DNA from: Acidobacteriota bacterium | GTDB lineage: Bacteria > Acidobacteriota > UBA6911 > RPQK01 > JAJDTT01 | Length of the DNA: 64,000 bases | Direction of reading: 5' to 3' | NCBI GenBank assembly: GCA_965217775.1 | Contig: CBDCJH010000002.1 | Span: 416,001-480,000 of the forward strand | In this document: positions 51,676 through 60,764 of the stretch, piece after piece | Layout: every line of letters begins with the position of its first letter | How positions within the stretch are numbered: position 1 is the first letter of the stretch | The notes under the pieces: generated by a model | The model's database searches: none | What the model saw: only the letters and a program-made list of their open reading frames with translations | What the model was told of the DNA's origin: nothing | Position numbers and translations under genes: made by a program

Positions 51676-51811
51676 CCGGCATGACTTTCCCCATTGTTCC
51701 GGGGGTTCGGGAGATCCGGGGAGGTAGGGGCACTCCCCCTTGTGGGTGCCCGCTGTCGCACCTGACTGCTCGGCCCCGGGGAGGGCGACCACACACAAGG
51801 GTCGTCCCTAC
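51676..51811 (-). repeat. GTAG-type REP doublet cassette, copy B
   Basis: Reverse complement aligns along its length with 33481-33610. Confidence 0.8.
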
Positions 51812-51971
51812 CAGCCCGTGGCAAAAGTCGTCGCGGCATTCGACCGTCCCTGCATCCCGGCGGACTGCGTTGCGATTCGGCTCACATACTCCCGGTATGC
51901 TCCCTCCGAAGCGCCTTGTCCGGCGGGCGCAGGAACGGTCTCGGTGCTCGCGAGACTTTCACCACGGACTG
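51812..51971 (+). mobile_element. 160-bp MITE, copy 1
   Basis: Imperfect 18-bp TIR CAGCCCGTGGCAAAAGTC / GACTTTCACCACGGACTG; 4-bp TSD CTAC. Confidence 0.85.
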
Positions 51972-52007
51972 CTACGAGGGCTCCTCCCAGAGACTATAAT
52001 CCCCGTT

Positions 52008-53144
52008 ATGCCGTCCCTCGCTCCCTTCGCCATGAGAGTCGAAGACAGCGAGGGTCGGCGCTACCCGGAGCCGCCGCACCCCTATCGCAACCCTTTCCAG
52101 CGGGATCGGGACCGCATCATTCACGCCAAGGCGTTTCGCCGTCTGGAGAAGAAGACGCAGGTCTTCAACCCCAACTATTCGGATCACTTCCGAAACCGAC
52201 TGACCCATACCCTCGAGGTCAGTCAGATCGCGCGCACCATCGGCTCCGCTCTCTGCCTGAACACCGATCTGTGCGAAGTTCTGGCCCTGAGTCACGACAT
52301 CGGTCATCCTCCGTTCAGCCACGCCGGTGAGGCAGTCCTGGACCGCATCATGAGGTCGTACCGATCGGGATTCGAACACAACCTCCATGCCTTGCGGATC
52401 ATCGAGGATTTCGAAGAGCGCTACGCCCGCTTCCGGGGGCTGAACCTGATGTTCGAGGTTCGCGAGGGGATCGTGAAACACAGCCGTGACTATGCTCCCG
52501 AGGACCGTCCGTACGTGGACATCGATGGTTATCGAAAAGGGGAGCGCCCGCCGCTGGAAGCCCAATTGATCGATCTGGCCGACGAAGTGGCCTACAATAC
52601 GGCGGACCTGGACGACGGCTACGGTTCCGGGCTGATTACTCTGGACCAGATCCTGGAGGGCTCGGATCTTTTTCGGCGTCTCTACCTCCGCATCCAAGGC
52701 GATTATCCCGCAGCTCCCGAGGGAATCCTGGTCAGCGAGACCATTCGTCACCTGATCGACGTGCTGGTGACGGATCTGGTTCGAGCCACCCGTGATCGGA
52801 TCCGGAGCGAATCCCTGGTTTCGGTGCAGGCCGTCCGGAGATTTCCGACCCGTGTCGTGGGGTTCGGCCGCGAGACCGCCGCTCTCAGCCGTCAATTGAA
52901 GGGTTTCCTGCGTAGCAATCTCTACCACCATCCGGACTTGGAGCGTCCCCGGCGGAAAGCCAAGGTGCTGATTGCGAATCTCTTTCAATACTATGAGGAA
53001 GATCCGGCAAGATTGCCTCCGGCGCATTACGGCCGGATCGGGGACCATGGAGTTCACCGGGTCGTCTGCGACTACATCGCGGGCATGACGGATTCCTTCG
53101 CCCGCAAGATCCAGGTCCGGATATCGAATAGCGGAACATACTGA
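52008..53144 (+). CDS. dgt: Deoxyguanosinetriphosphate triphosphohydrolase
   Basis: FQRDRDRIIH, TQVF, RLTHTLEV, HDIGHPPFSH, DYIAGMTD. Confidence 0.92.
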   Translation: MPSLAPFAMRVEDSEGRRYPEPPHPYRNPFQRDRDRIIHAKAFRRLEKKTQVFNPNYSDHFRNRLTHTLEVSQIARTIGSALCLNTDLCEVLALSHDIGHPPFSHAGEAVLDRIMRSYRSGFEHNLHALRIIEDFEERYARFRGLNLMFEVREGIVKHSRDYAPEDRPYVDIDGYRKGERPPLEAQLIDLADEVAYNTADLDDGYGSGLITLDQILEGSDLFRRLYLRIQGDYPAAPEGILVSETIRHLIDVLVTDLVRATRDRIRSESLVSVQAVRRFPTRVVGFGRETAALSRQLKGFLRSNLYHHPDLERPRRKAKVLIANLFQYYEEDPARLPPAHYGRIGDHGVHRVVCDYIAGMTDSFARKIQVRISNSGTY

Positions 53145-53184
53145 AAAGAAAAGGGTTGAACCCTATATTCGAGGTCGGTTCCCC

Positions 53185-53214
53185 TTGACAAGGAGCCGGT
53201 TTTTGGAGTAGATT
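53185..53214 (+). promoter_or_regulatory. Putative sigma70 promoter of yceD-rpmF
   Basis: TTGACA-18 nt-TAGATT. Confidence 0.5.
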
Positions 53215-53252
53215 TCGAAACTTCATTCCGTTCTTCGTTCCGGGGACAATGG

Positions 53253-53795
53253 ATGGTCGTGGACATTGGGCAGCTGAGAAGGACGAGAGAGCCCCTCTCT
53301 CTGGAATTGGCGATCACCGATCGGGACTTGGCTCTGGGTTCATCGGTTTGTAACTTGAACCGGCCGGCCCGGGCTCAAGTCAGATTGGCGGTCGTCGGCG
53401 ATGCCGTTCGGGTCGCGGGCGCGGTGAAGGCCGATTTGGAGGTCTCCTGCAGCCGTTGCCTAAGACCCGTTGACTGGTCCTTGAACAAGGAGTTCGACCT
53501 GGAGTATCACCCCGACCCGGAGGTCAACCGGGAAGGGGAGGAAATCGAGCTCGAGTTTGGAGATCTGACGGTTGGTTTCTACCGGAACGAGCAATTGGAC
53601 GTGGGCGCTTCGGTGGGCGAGCAGATCGTCCTGGAAATACCCATGAAGCCCGTATGCAAGGAGAGCTGTGAAGGTCTGTGTGATCAGTGCGGGCAGGATC
53701 TGAACGAAGGGTCCTGTTCCTGTTCCAGGCGCCCGCTGGATCCCAGGCTGGCCATGCTGGCCGACCTGAAGCTCAAGATGAACCGTAAACAGTGA
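53253..53795 (+). CDS. yceD: YceD/DUF177 family protein
   Basis: CSRCL, PMKPVCKESCEGLC, DPRLA; upstream of rpmF. Confidence 0.9.
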   Translation: MVVDIGQLRRTREPLSLELAITDRDLALGSSVCNLNRPARAQVRLAVVGDAVRVAGAVKADLEVSCSRCLRPVDWSLNKEFDLEYHPDPEVNREGEEIELEFGDLTVGFYRNEQLDVGASVGEQIVLEIPMKPVCKESCEGLCDQCGQDLNEGSCSCSRRPLDPRLAMLADLKLKMNRKQ

Positions 53796-53864
53796 ACGGC
53801 CGGTTCGCGGCCTCCGCCGTGTCACTCGCGGATGGAGCGTCCGGGCCCGCCGGAGGACGAGACT

Positions 53865-54047
53865 TTGGCCAATCCCAAAAGACGACATTCCAGGGCCCGC
53901 AGGGGACGAAGGCGATCTCACGATTTCCTGACGGCTCCGAGTCTGGCCACCTGCAGCCATTGCGGCAGCACCGTGCTCCCCCACCGCGTCTGTTCCGAGT
54001 GTGGATATTACAAGGGACGGCAGGTCATCAAGGCGGGGGAGGCATAG
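53865..54047 (+). CDS. rpmF: 50S ribosomal protein L32
   Basis: ANPKRRHSRARRGRRRSH..CSHC..PHRVCSECGYYKGR; TTG start after GGAGG. Confidence 0.95.
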   Translation: MANPKRRHSRARRGRRRSHDFLTAPSLATCSHCGSTVLPHRVCSECGYYKGRQVIKAGEA

Positions 54048-54225
54048 TGGTCCGTGGCAGAAGTGCGGTGCAGCGCCCGCAGCGGTGAAGGCACGCGTCC
54101 GATCGCCGGGAGCCCGTTGCCACCGCTTGTTGGCTCGGCGCGGGCGAACAGGACAGGTTTCCGTGCATATTCTTGGAGGACGTTGGAAAGGTGCCCACGG
54201 CGTCGCCAATAGGGTACGTGTCCAG

Positions 54226-54384
54226 CAGCCCAGGGCAAAAGTCCTCACGGCATTCGACCGTCCCTGCATCCCGGCGGACTGCGTTGCTATCGGCTCACAT
54301 ACTCCCGGTATGCGCCCTCCGAAGCGCCTTGTCCGGCGGGCGCAGGAACGGTCTCGGTGCTCGCGGGACTTTCACCACGGACTG
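54226..54384 (+). mobile_element. 160-bp MITE, copy 2
   Basis: Near-identical to copy 1; 4-bp TSD CCAG. Confidence 0.85.
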
Positions 54385-54426
54385 CCAGGAACCACCTTGC
54401 CATCCACACTCCTGCCGTGAGGTTTC

Positions 54427-55341
54427 ATGATCGCATTTGTCTTTCCGGGTCAGGGGTCCCAGACCCCTGGGATGGGTGTGGACGTGGCCGAGGCCCATCC
54501 GGCGGCGCAAGAGGTCTTCGACCAGGCCGACGCAGCGTTGGGTTTCGGCTTGAGCGAGATCTGCCGCCGCGGAAGTCGTGAAGACCTGGCGCTGACCGTC
54601 AACACCCAACCGGCAATTCTGACGGCGTCAATCGCTCTCTTGCGGGCGATGGGCGAACGGGGACGCGGGCCCGATTTTGTTGCGGGCCACAGCCTGGGAG
54701 AGTATTCCGCACTGGTGGCGGCTGGGGCCTTGGAGTTCACCGCTGCAGTTCGCCTGGTGCGCCAGCGCGGCCGCTTCATGCAAGACGCCGTCCCGGTGGG
54801 GGAGGGGAGCATGGCTGCGGTGCTGGGTCTCGACCTCGGACCGCTGGAGGAAGTCTGCGAAGAAGCTGCGGAGGGCGAGGTCGTAGCTGCGGCGAATATC
54901 AACTCTCCTCAGCAGATCGTCATTGCGGGGCATCGAGGGGCCGTGGCGCGAGCCTGCCGGCTGGCCCGGTCGCGGGGAGCTCGCCGGGCGCTCCGGTTGC
55001 CCGTGAGCGCCCCCTTTCATTGTTCCCTCATGGAGCCGGCCAGGCAGCGTCTGAAACCGTTGCTCCGGGACACTCGTTTTGGCGAATTGACTTGTCCTCT
55101 GATCAATAACGTGGATGCCAGGAGCGTCACCAGCGGATCCGCGGCTCGGGAAGGCCTGATTCGTCAGGTGACCGCCCCTGTCCGATGGCGCCGTTCGGTG
55201 GAGATTCTTTGGGAACTGGGAGCGCGAACGTTCGTCGAGGTGGGGCCGGGTCGGGTGCTGAGTCGCCTGATACGGCAGATCGTGCCCGAAGCTCAGGTAA
55301 AATGGATCGGGAATCGTGCCGAGGTGGAGGCCCATGTTTGA
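54427..55341 (+). CDS. fabD: Malonyl CoA-ACP transacylase
   Basis: FPGQGSQ, GHSLGEYSA, VSAPFH. Confidence 0.95.
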   Translation: MIAFVFPGQGSQTPGMGVDVAEAHPAAQEVFDQADAALGFGLSEICRRGSREDLALTVNTQPAILTASIALLRAMGERGRGPDFVAGHSLGEYSALVAAGALEFTAAVRLVRQRGRFMQDAVPVGEGSMAAVLGLDLGPLEEVCEEAAEGEVVAAANINSPQQIVIAGHRGAVARACRLARSRGARRALRLPVSAPFHCSLMEPARQRLKPLLRDTRFGELTCPLINNVDARSVTSGSAAREGLIRQVTAPVRWRRSVEILWELGARTFVEVGPGRVLSRLIRQIVPEAQVKWIGNRAEVEAHV

Positions 55342-56077
55342 TTTTTCGGGGCAGGTCGCATTGGTTACCGGAGCGTCACGGGGTATCGGCCGCCGTGTCG
55401 CGGAGGATCTTTCGAGCCATGGGGCAAGTGTTGCCCTCGTTTCGCGGGGCCAGTCGGAAATCGAGAGTGTAGCGGCTGTCGTGGCGGAGTCGGGTCATCC
55501 CACGCTGGGCGTCGCCATGGATATTTCATCGTCCCGCTCCGTTCAGGAGGGGGTGAGACGCGTATTTCAGGAATTCGGCAGGATCGACATTCTGGTGAAC
55601 AACGCCGGGATTGTCCGGGACAAGCTTCTGCTCCGGATGAAAGATGAGGATTGGCGCCAGGTTCTCAACACCAACCTGGACGGCGTCTTCCGCGTCACCC
55701 GGGCGGTCGTGCGGAGCATGGTCAGGCATCGTTACGGCAGGATCGTGAACCTGACCTCCGTGGTCGGACAGACCGGGAACCCGGGTCAGGTCAACTACGT
55801 TTCCAGCAAGGCGGGAATCATCGGGTTCACCAAGGCGTTGGCCAGGGAGGTTGCCGGTCGCAACATCACGGTGAATGCCATTGCCCCCGGGTTCATCGAG
55901 ACCGATATGACTCGGAGCCTTCCCGACCGGGCCCGTTCCGAGCTGGTAGCCACCATCCCCCTGAAGCGTGTTGGAACCGTCGACGAAGTGGCCTACGGAG
56001 TGCGATTTCTGGCTTCCAGGGAGGCTGGATATGTCACGGGCCATGTGCTAAACGTTAACGGCGGCATGTATATGTAG
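55334..56077 (+). CDS. fabG: 3-oxoacyl-ACP reductase
   Basis: TGASRGIG, NNAGI, YVSSKAG, VNGGMYM. Confidence 0.95.
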   Translation: MFDFSGQVALVTGASRGIGRRVAEDLSSHGASVALVSRGQSEIESVAAVVAESGHPTLGVAMDISSSRSVQEGVRRVFQEFGRIDILVNNAGIVRDKLLLRMKDEDWRQVLNTNLDGVFRVTRAVVRSMVRHRYGRIVNLTSVVGQTGNPGQVNYVSSKAGIIGFTKALAREVAGRNITVNAIAPGFIETDMTRSLPDRARSELVATIPLKRVGTVDEVAYGVRFLASREAGYVTGHVLNVNGGMYM

Positions 56078-56144
56078 TTCACTCGGCGCTCGCGCGTCGC
56101 TTGAGGCGCGAGCCCGGTGCCACGGGTCCCCATTGGCTTCATGG

Positions 56145-56249
56145 ATGGAGGAGCCACGTCATCGGTCGAGGATAACGCGTAATCGATCATCATCAAAAAC
56201 TGAATGGAGGAGCTATGTCATCGGTCGAGGAGCAAGTGAAATCGATCAT
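56145..56249 (+). repeat. Imperfect 46-bp direct repeat of the acpP RBS and start
   Basis: 56145-56190 vs 56204-56249, 39/46 identical. Confidence 0.8.
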
Positions 56250-56451
56250 TGTGGACCAGCTTGGCGTCAGCGATTCGGATGTGGGTGCCGACGCTCGCTT
56301 CGTTGAGGACCTGGGCGCCGACTCGCTGGACACGGTCGAGTTGGTGATGAAGTTCGAAGAAGACTTCGAACTGGAAATACCCGACGAAGACGCGGAAAAG
56401 ATCCGAACCGTCCGCGACGCCGTAGACTACATCGACGCTCAGCAGAAGTGA
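56215..56451 (+). CDS. acpP: Acyl carrier protein
   Basis: [14 protein letters not shown]. Confidence 0.97.
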   Translation: MSSVEEQVKSIIVDQLGVSDSDVGADARFVEDLGADSLDTVELVMKFEEDFELEIPDEDAEKIRTVRDAVDYIDAQQK

Positions 56452-56500
56452 TTCCCCTATAATTCGAAACTCCAACGGGCACTTTGGGAGCGACGGCAGC

Positions 56501-57742
56501 TTGAAGAGAAGGGTCGCGGTAACAGGCGTCGGGATTGTATCGCCTGTCGGTCTGGACACGGTCGAGACCTGGGAGGCACTGCTTCAGGGACGGAGTGGTG
56601 TCGGATACGTGACCCGATTCGACACTTCCAAGTTCCCCACCAAGATTGCCGCCGAGGTCAAGGGTTTCGATCCCCTCCTCTATCTGAGCGTCAAAGAGGT
56701 CCGGAAAATGGACCTCTTCATCCAATACGCCATTTCGGCCAGCGACTATGCCGTGGATGCCTCGGGTCTCGAGATCACACCCGAGAACGGCGAACGGGTC
56801 GGGGTTTTCATCGGTTCGGGTATCGGCGGCTTCGGCATCATCGAGCGGGAGCACAATAAGTTCCTGGCCAAGGGGCCGCGGTGGATCTCCCCCTTCTTCA
56901 TTCCCTCGACCATCGTGAATCTGGCGGCGGGCCAAGTTTCGATTCGTCTCGGAGCCATGGGACCCAATTCAGCCACCTGCACCGCCTGTTCGGCCGGGTC
57001 CCATGCACTTGGTGACTCCTTCCGCATGATTCAACGGGGCGAGACCGACGTCATGATTGCCGGAGGAACGGAGGCTGCGATCACCCCCATGGGCATGGGC
57101 GGCTTCTCCGCCATGAGGGCCCTCTCGAAGCGCAATGACGCTCCTGAGAAGGCCAGCCGCCCATTTGATCTCCAGCGGGACGGATTCGTCATGGGCGAAG
57201 GGGCCGGAATCCTGGTTCTGGAGGAGATGGAACAGGCTCGCAGACGCGGCGCCGAAATCCTGGCCGAGGTCGTGGGTTACGGCATGAGCGGCGACGCTCA
57301 TCACATCACGTCTCCCCCGGAAGATGGGTCGGGTGCCGCCCGAGCCATGAGGAAGACCCTGGAAGACGCCCAGGTCTCTCCCCAAGAGGTGGACTACATC
57401 AATGCCCACGGAACCAGCACGCCTCCAAACGATCGGATCGAGACTCTGGCGATCAAGACGGTCTTCGGAGATCATGCCCGTAAGCTGGCGGTCAGCGCCA
57501 CCAAGTCCATGACCGGCCATCTGCTGGGAGCGGCCGGCGGATTGGAAGGCGGAGTCGTGGTGCAGACCCTGAAGGATCAGGTCATTCCTCCCACCATAAA
57601 CCTGGAAACCTCCGATCCGGACTGTGATCTGGATTATGTTCCTCACCAGGCACGGAAGGCGGATATTCGGTATGCTATGTCCAATTCTTTCGGCTTCGGG
57701 GGAACCAATGCCTGCCTGCTGTTCAAACGACACGATCCATGA
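56501..57742 (+). CDS. fabF: 3-oxoacyl-ACP synthase II
   Basis: TACSAG, NAHGTST, KSMTGHLLG, SNSFGFGG. Confidence 0.96.
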   Translation: MKRRVAVTGVGIVSPVGLDTVETWEALLQGRSGVGYVTRFDTSKFPTKIAAEVKGFDPLLYLSVKEVRKMDLFIQYAISASDYAVDASGLEITPENGERVGVFIGSGIGGFGIIEREHNKFLAKGPRWISPFFIPSTIVNLAAGQVSIRLGAMGPNSATCTACSAGSHALGDSFRMIQRGETDVMIAGGTEAAITPMGMGGFSAMRALSKRNDAPEKASRPFDLQRDGFVMGEGAGILVLEEMEQARRRGAEILAEVVGYGMSGDAHHITSPPEDGSGAARAMRKTLEDAQVSPQEVDYINAHGTSTPPNDRIETLAIKTVFGDHARKLAVSATKSMTGHLLGAAGGLEGGVVVQTLKDQVIPPTINLETSDPDCDLDYVPHQARKADIRYAMSNSFGFGGTNACLLFKRHDP

Positions 57743-57900
57743 CAGCCCGTGGCAAAAGTCGTCACGGCATTCGACCGTCCCTGCATCCCGGCGGACTGCG
57801 TTGCTATCGGCTCACATACTCCCGGTATGCTCCCTCCGAAGCGCCTGGTCCGGCGGCGCAGGAACGGTCTCGGTGCTCGCGAGACTTTCACCACGGACTG
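57743..57900 (+). mobile_element. 160-bp MITE, copy 3
   Basis: Near-identical to copy 1; begins directly after the fabF TGA; flanks ATGA/TTGA. Confidence 0.85.
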
Positions 57901-58018
57901 TTGAATCAGCCTGCTCTTGAGGAGAATCGGCGGATGAAAAGGCCGGGGTGTGGACATGTGACCGTGAGTCGAGTCCATTTCATTCCGCTTGGAGACCGTT
58001 CCGGTTCCGGACTCTTCC

Positions 58019-60388
58019 ATGGGATTTAGAAAGAGAGCGAAGAGGGTCAGCGGCTCCAGCCGGAGAAACCTGCTGATGAGGCGGTTTCTCGGCCTCAAGC
58101 ACTGGCGCCAGAGCATATTGGGCCAACTGACGATTCTGCAGCTTTCGGTCGGCCTGATTCTCTCGGTAGTGGTCGCCGCGGTCCTGGTCGGTTATCAGTT
58201 CCAATCCATTCCCGACTACAAAGCGGGCGAGATTGCCGATCGGACCATCGAAGCGCCCCGCGACTTCCGGGTGGTGGACCTGGAGGCGACCGATGAGAAG
58301 AAACGGGAGATCATCCAGGGTGTCCCCGGTGTCTTCGATTTGGATCTCTCGGTCAACCATCGCCTGGAATCGGAGTTGAAGAGCGCTTTTGCCGATGCCC
58401 GGCGAATTATCTCGGCAGTCCGGACGCGGTACCAACTGGGGGACAGACGGTCTTTCCCCAAGCGGGCGAAAGCCGAGCTGCTTTCCGAGTTGAGCCGCGC
58501 CCTCCCCCGGTTTGCCCAGGGGAAGGTGCTGGAGATCTGCCTCGCACGGGGTTTCTCCTCCGAACTGGAAAGTCAGATGCTGGCCGTGCTCCGGGAATCG
58601 ATGAAATCTCCGGGGGTCATTCTCAATCGCCAGATCCTCCTTCTCTATCGCGACCGGGGAATCATTCTCCAGAATGCCATCACCGGCCGCCAGGAACCCT
58701 TGGACGATTGGATCGCGATTCGGGATCTGGGGCAGGCTCGGGATGTCCTGCGGCAGAACGAATACGAGCTGACGGCGGTGGGTCGGGTGTCCAAGAAGCG
58801 GGTCATCAGCTTCCTGGATACATGGGTGGTTCCCAATGTCAGCTTCAACGAGAGGGCCACCCAAGACTTGGAGGACCTGGCGTCCGAAGAAGTGGATCAG
58901 GTTCTGGTCCAGGTCCGCAAAGGCCGTACCCTCGTGCGGAGCGGCGACGAGGTCGGGGCCCGGGAAATCCTGTTGCTCAACGGTCTCAAGAGCATGAAGC
59001 AGCCGCGCCGGGTTGCGGGGAAGTTCTTCGGGATCCTGATCATGGTCGGGTTCTTCCTGTTCGCTCTGGGCCACTATGCCGTCGTGGCGAGAGAGGGGAA
59101 GGCGGAGGCGCCCAGATACCATGTCCTGTTGTCGCTGGTGCTCCTTTCCACCTTGGTGGTCTGCAAGGTCTTCGTGGTTTTCGCGGACTTTTTGGTGGAG
59201 GGGATCGGGTTCGAGAGATTCCGGAACCCCGTGGATTTCTATCTGGTGGTGCCCACGGCGACCGGCGCCATCATCGCCGTGCTCTTGACCAACGTTCCAC
59301 TGACCGTTTTCTACGCTCTGACCTTCGCGGTCTTCGCCGGACTCATGACGGGCGAAGGTCTCATTGTCATCTACACACTGGCCGGTTCGCTGGCGGCCAT
59401 CTATGCCCTGGACCAGTATCGGGAGCGTTCGGTCGTCACCCGGGCCGGTCTGATCATCGGTCTGGTCAACGTAGCGATCGCCTTGGGTTATCAGCTTTTT
59501 TCCATGGCGGCGGGATTCGATTGGTTGCTCTTTGCCCTGCGTTCAACCAGCGGACTCCTGAGTGGGGTCTTGGCCGCCATGTTGGCTTCCCTGCTGCTCC
59601 CGATACTGGAGTCCTTGTTCCGGATCACCACCGACGTTCGCCTGCTTGAGCTCTCGAATCTGAACAACCCCGTCCTGCGGCGTCTGGCCCTGGAAGCTCC
59701 GGGAACGTATCACCACAGCATCACCGTCGGAACCCTGGCCGAGGCGGGAGCCGAAGCCATCGGAGCCAATAATCTCCTGGTCCGGGTGGGTGCGTACTAC
59801 CACGACATCGGCAAGCTCAAGGCACCCGAGTACTACGTCGAGAACCAGATCTACACTGCCAACAAGCACGATAACCTGACCCCGAGCATGTCCAGTCTCA
59901 TCCTGGGCAGTCACGTGAAGGACGGACTCGCCATCGCCGACGAGATCAAGCTGCTTCCCAAGGTCCGGGACCTCATTCCCCAGCACCATGGGACCCGGAT
60001 GATGAAGTACTTCTACGAGAAGGCCAAGGAGGCTGCCCGGGCTAAGGGCATGGAGGTCAGCGAGAGTGAGTTTCGCTATCCTGGCCCCAAACCACAGAGT
60101 CGAGAGGCGGCGATCCTGATGTTGGCCGACCAGGTGGAGGCGGCATCGCGCACCCTGGAAGATCCGGGGCCGGGGCAGATCCGGAGCCTGATCCAGCGTT
60201 TGACCCAGGCCACCATCGAGGACGGACAGTTCGACGAGTGCGACGTCACCATCAAGGAGCTGGGCCGGATCGGCAGCGCCTTCGAACGGGTCCTCAGCGG
60301 CATGTATCACCATCGGGTGGAGTACCCCGGATTCGAGTTCAACCAGCGTATTGAGGAACAGCAACTCCCACATCCACGTATTCAATAG
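58019..60388 (+). CDS. 7TM-HDIG phosphohydrolase (PgpH-like)
   Basis: Extracellular domain, multiple TMs, APGTYHHS, YYHDIGK, HHGT, YPGPKPQ. Confidence 0.88.
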   Translation: MGFRKRAKRVSGSSRRNLLMRRFLGLKHWRQSILGQLTILQLSVGLILSVVVAAVLVGYQFQSIPDYKAGEIADRTIEAPRDFRVVDLEATDEKKREIIQGVPGVFDLDLSVNHRLESELKSAFADARRIISAVRTRYQLGDRRSFPKRAKAELLSELSRALPRFAQGKVLEICLARGFSSELESQMLAVLRESMKSPGVILNRQILLLYRDRGIILQNAITGRQEPLDDWIAIRDLGQARDVLRQNEYELTAVGRVSKKRVISFLDTWVVPNVSFNERATQDLEDLASEEVDQVLVQVRKGRTLVRSGDEVGAREILLLNGLKSMKQPRRVAGKFFGILIMVGFFLFALGHYAVVAREGKAEAPRYHVLLSLVLLSTLVVCKVFVVFADFLVEGIGFERFRNPVDFYLVVPTATGAIIAVLLTNVPLTVFYALTFAVFAGLMTGEGLIVIYTLAGSLAAIYALDQYRERSVVTRAGLIIGLVNVAIALGYQLFSMAAGFDWLLFALRSTSGLLSGVLAAMLASLLLPILESLFRITTDVRLLELSNLNNPVLRRLALEAPGTYHHSITVGTLAEAGAEAIGANNLLVRVGAYYHDIGKLKAPEYYVENQIYTANKHDNLTPSMSSLILGSHVKDGLAIADEIKLLPKVRDLIPQHHGTRMMKYFYEKAKEAARAKGMEVSESEFRYPGPKPQSREAAILMLADQVEAASRTLEDPGPGQIRSLIQRLTQATIEDGQFDECDVTIKELGRIGSAFERVLSGMYHHRVEYPGFEFNQRIEEQQLPHPRIQ

Positions 60389-60764
60389 GCAGAAAAAGGT
60401 CCTGATCGAGACCCGGCGCCTTGAGGAATTTTTGGGCCGTCTGGCTCACAGACTGGGAATCGAAGCGGAGTTTTCGACCGTCCTCGTCAGTGATCGCGGA
60501 ATCCGTCATTACAACCTTCGCTACCGGGGAGTGCCCGAACCGACGGACGTGCTCGCATTCCCCATGGGCGAGGAGTCCTACCTGGGTGATATCCTGATTT
60601 CAGTGGAAACAGCCGACCGGCAGTGTTGCACAAGTCTGCAGACGGAACTGAAGGTGTTGGCTCTGCATGGTCTTCTCCATCTCATGGGGTATGACCATGA
60701 GGTCGACTCAGGTGAAATGGAATCAATGGAAGTGCAGCTGAGAAGGGAGTTTCAACTTCTTTGA
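60351..60764 (+). CDS. ybeY: rRNA maturation endoribonuclease YbeY
   Basis: PTDVLAF, LGDILIS, HGLLHLMGYDH. Confidence 0.93.
   Translation: MRNSNSHIHVFNRQKKVLIETRRLEEFLGRLAHRLGIEAEFSTVLVSDRGIRHYNLRYRGVPEPTDVLAFPMGEESYLGDILISVETADRQCCTSLQTELKVLALHGLLHLMGYDHEVDSGEMESMEVQLRREFQLL

Noticed and set aside
51995-52004. TATAATCCCC as another IS1595 end
   Set aside because: Only 10 bp match, no partner TIR or TSD; better explained as the dgt -10 box
51564-52007. Long N-terminal extension of Dgt
   Set aside because: It is read-through of the REP cassette and MITE; the same peptide recurs at other MITE copies
52008-53144. Anti-phage dGTPase
   Set aside because: Core-gene context and typical housekeeping Dgt form; no defence neighbours
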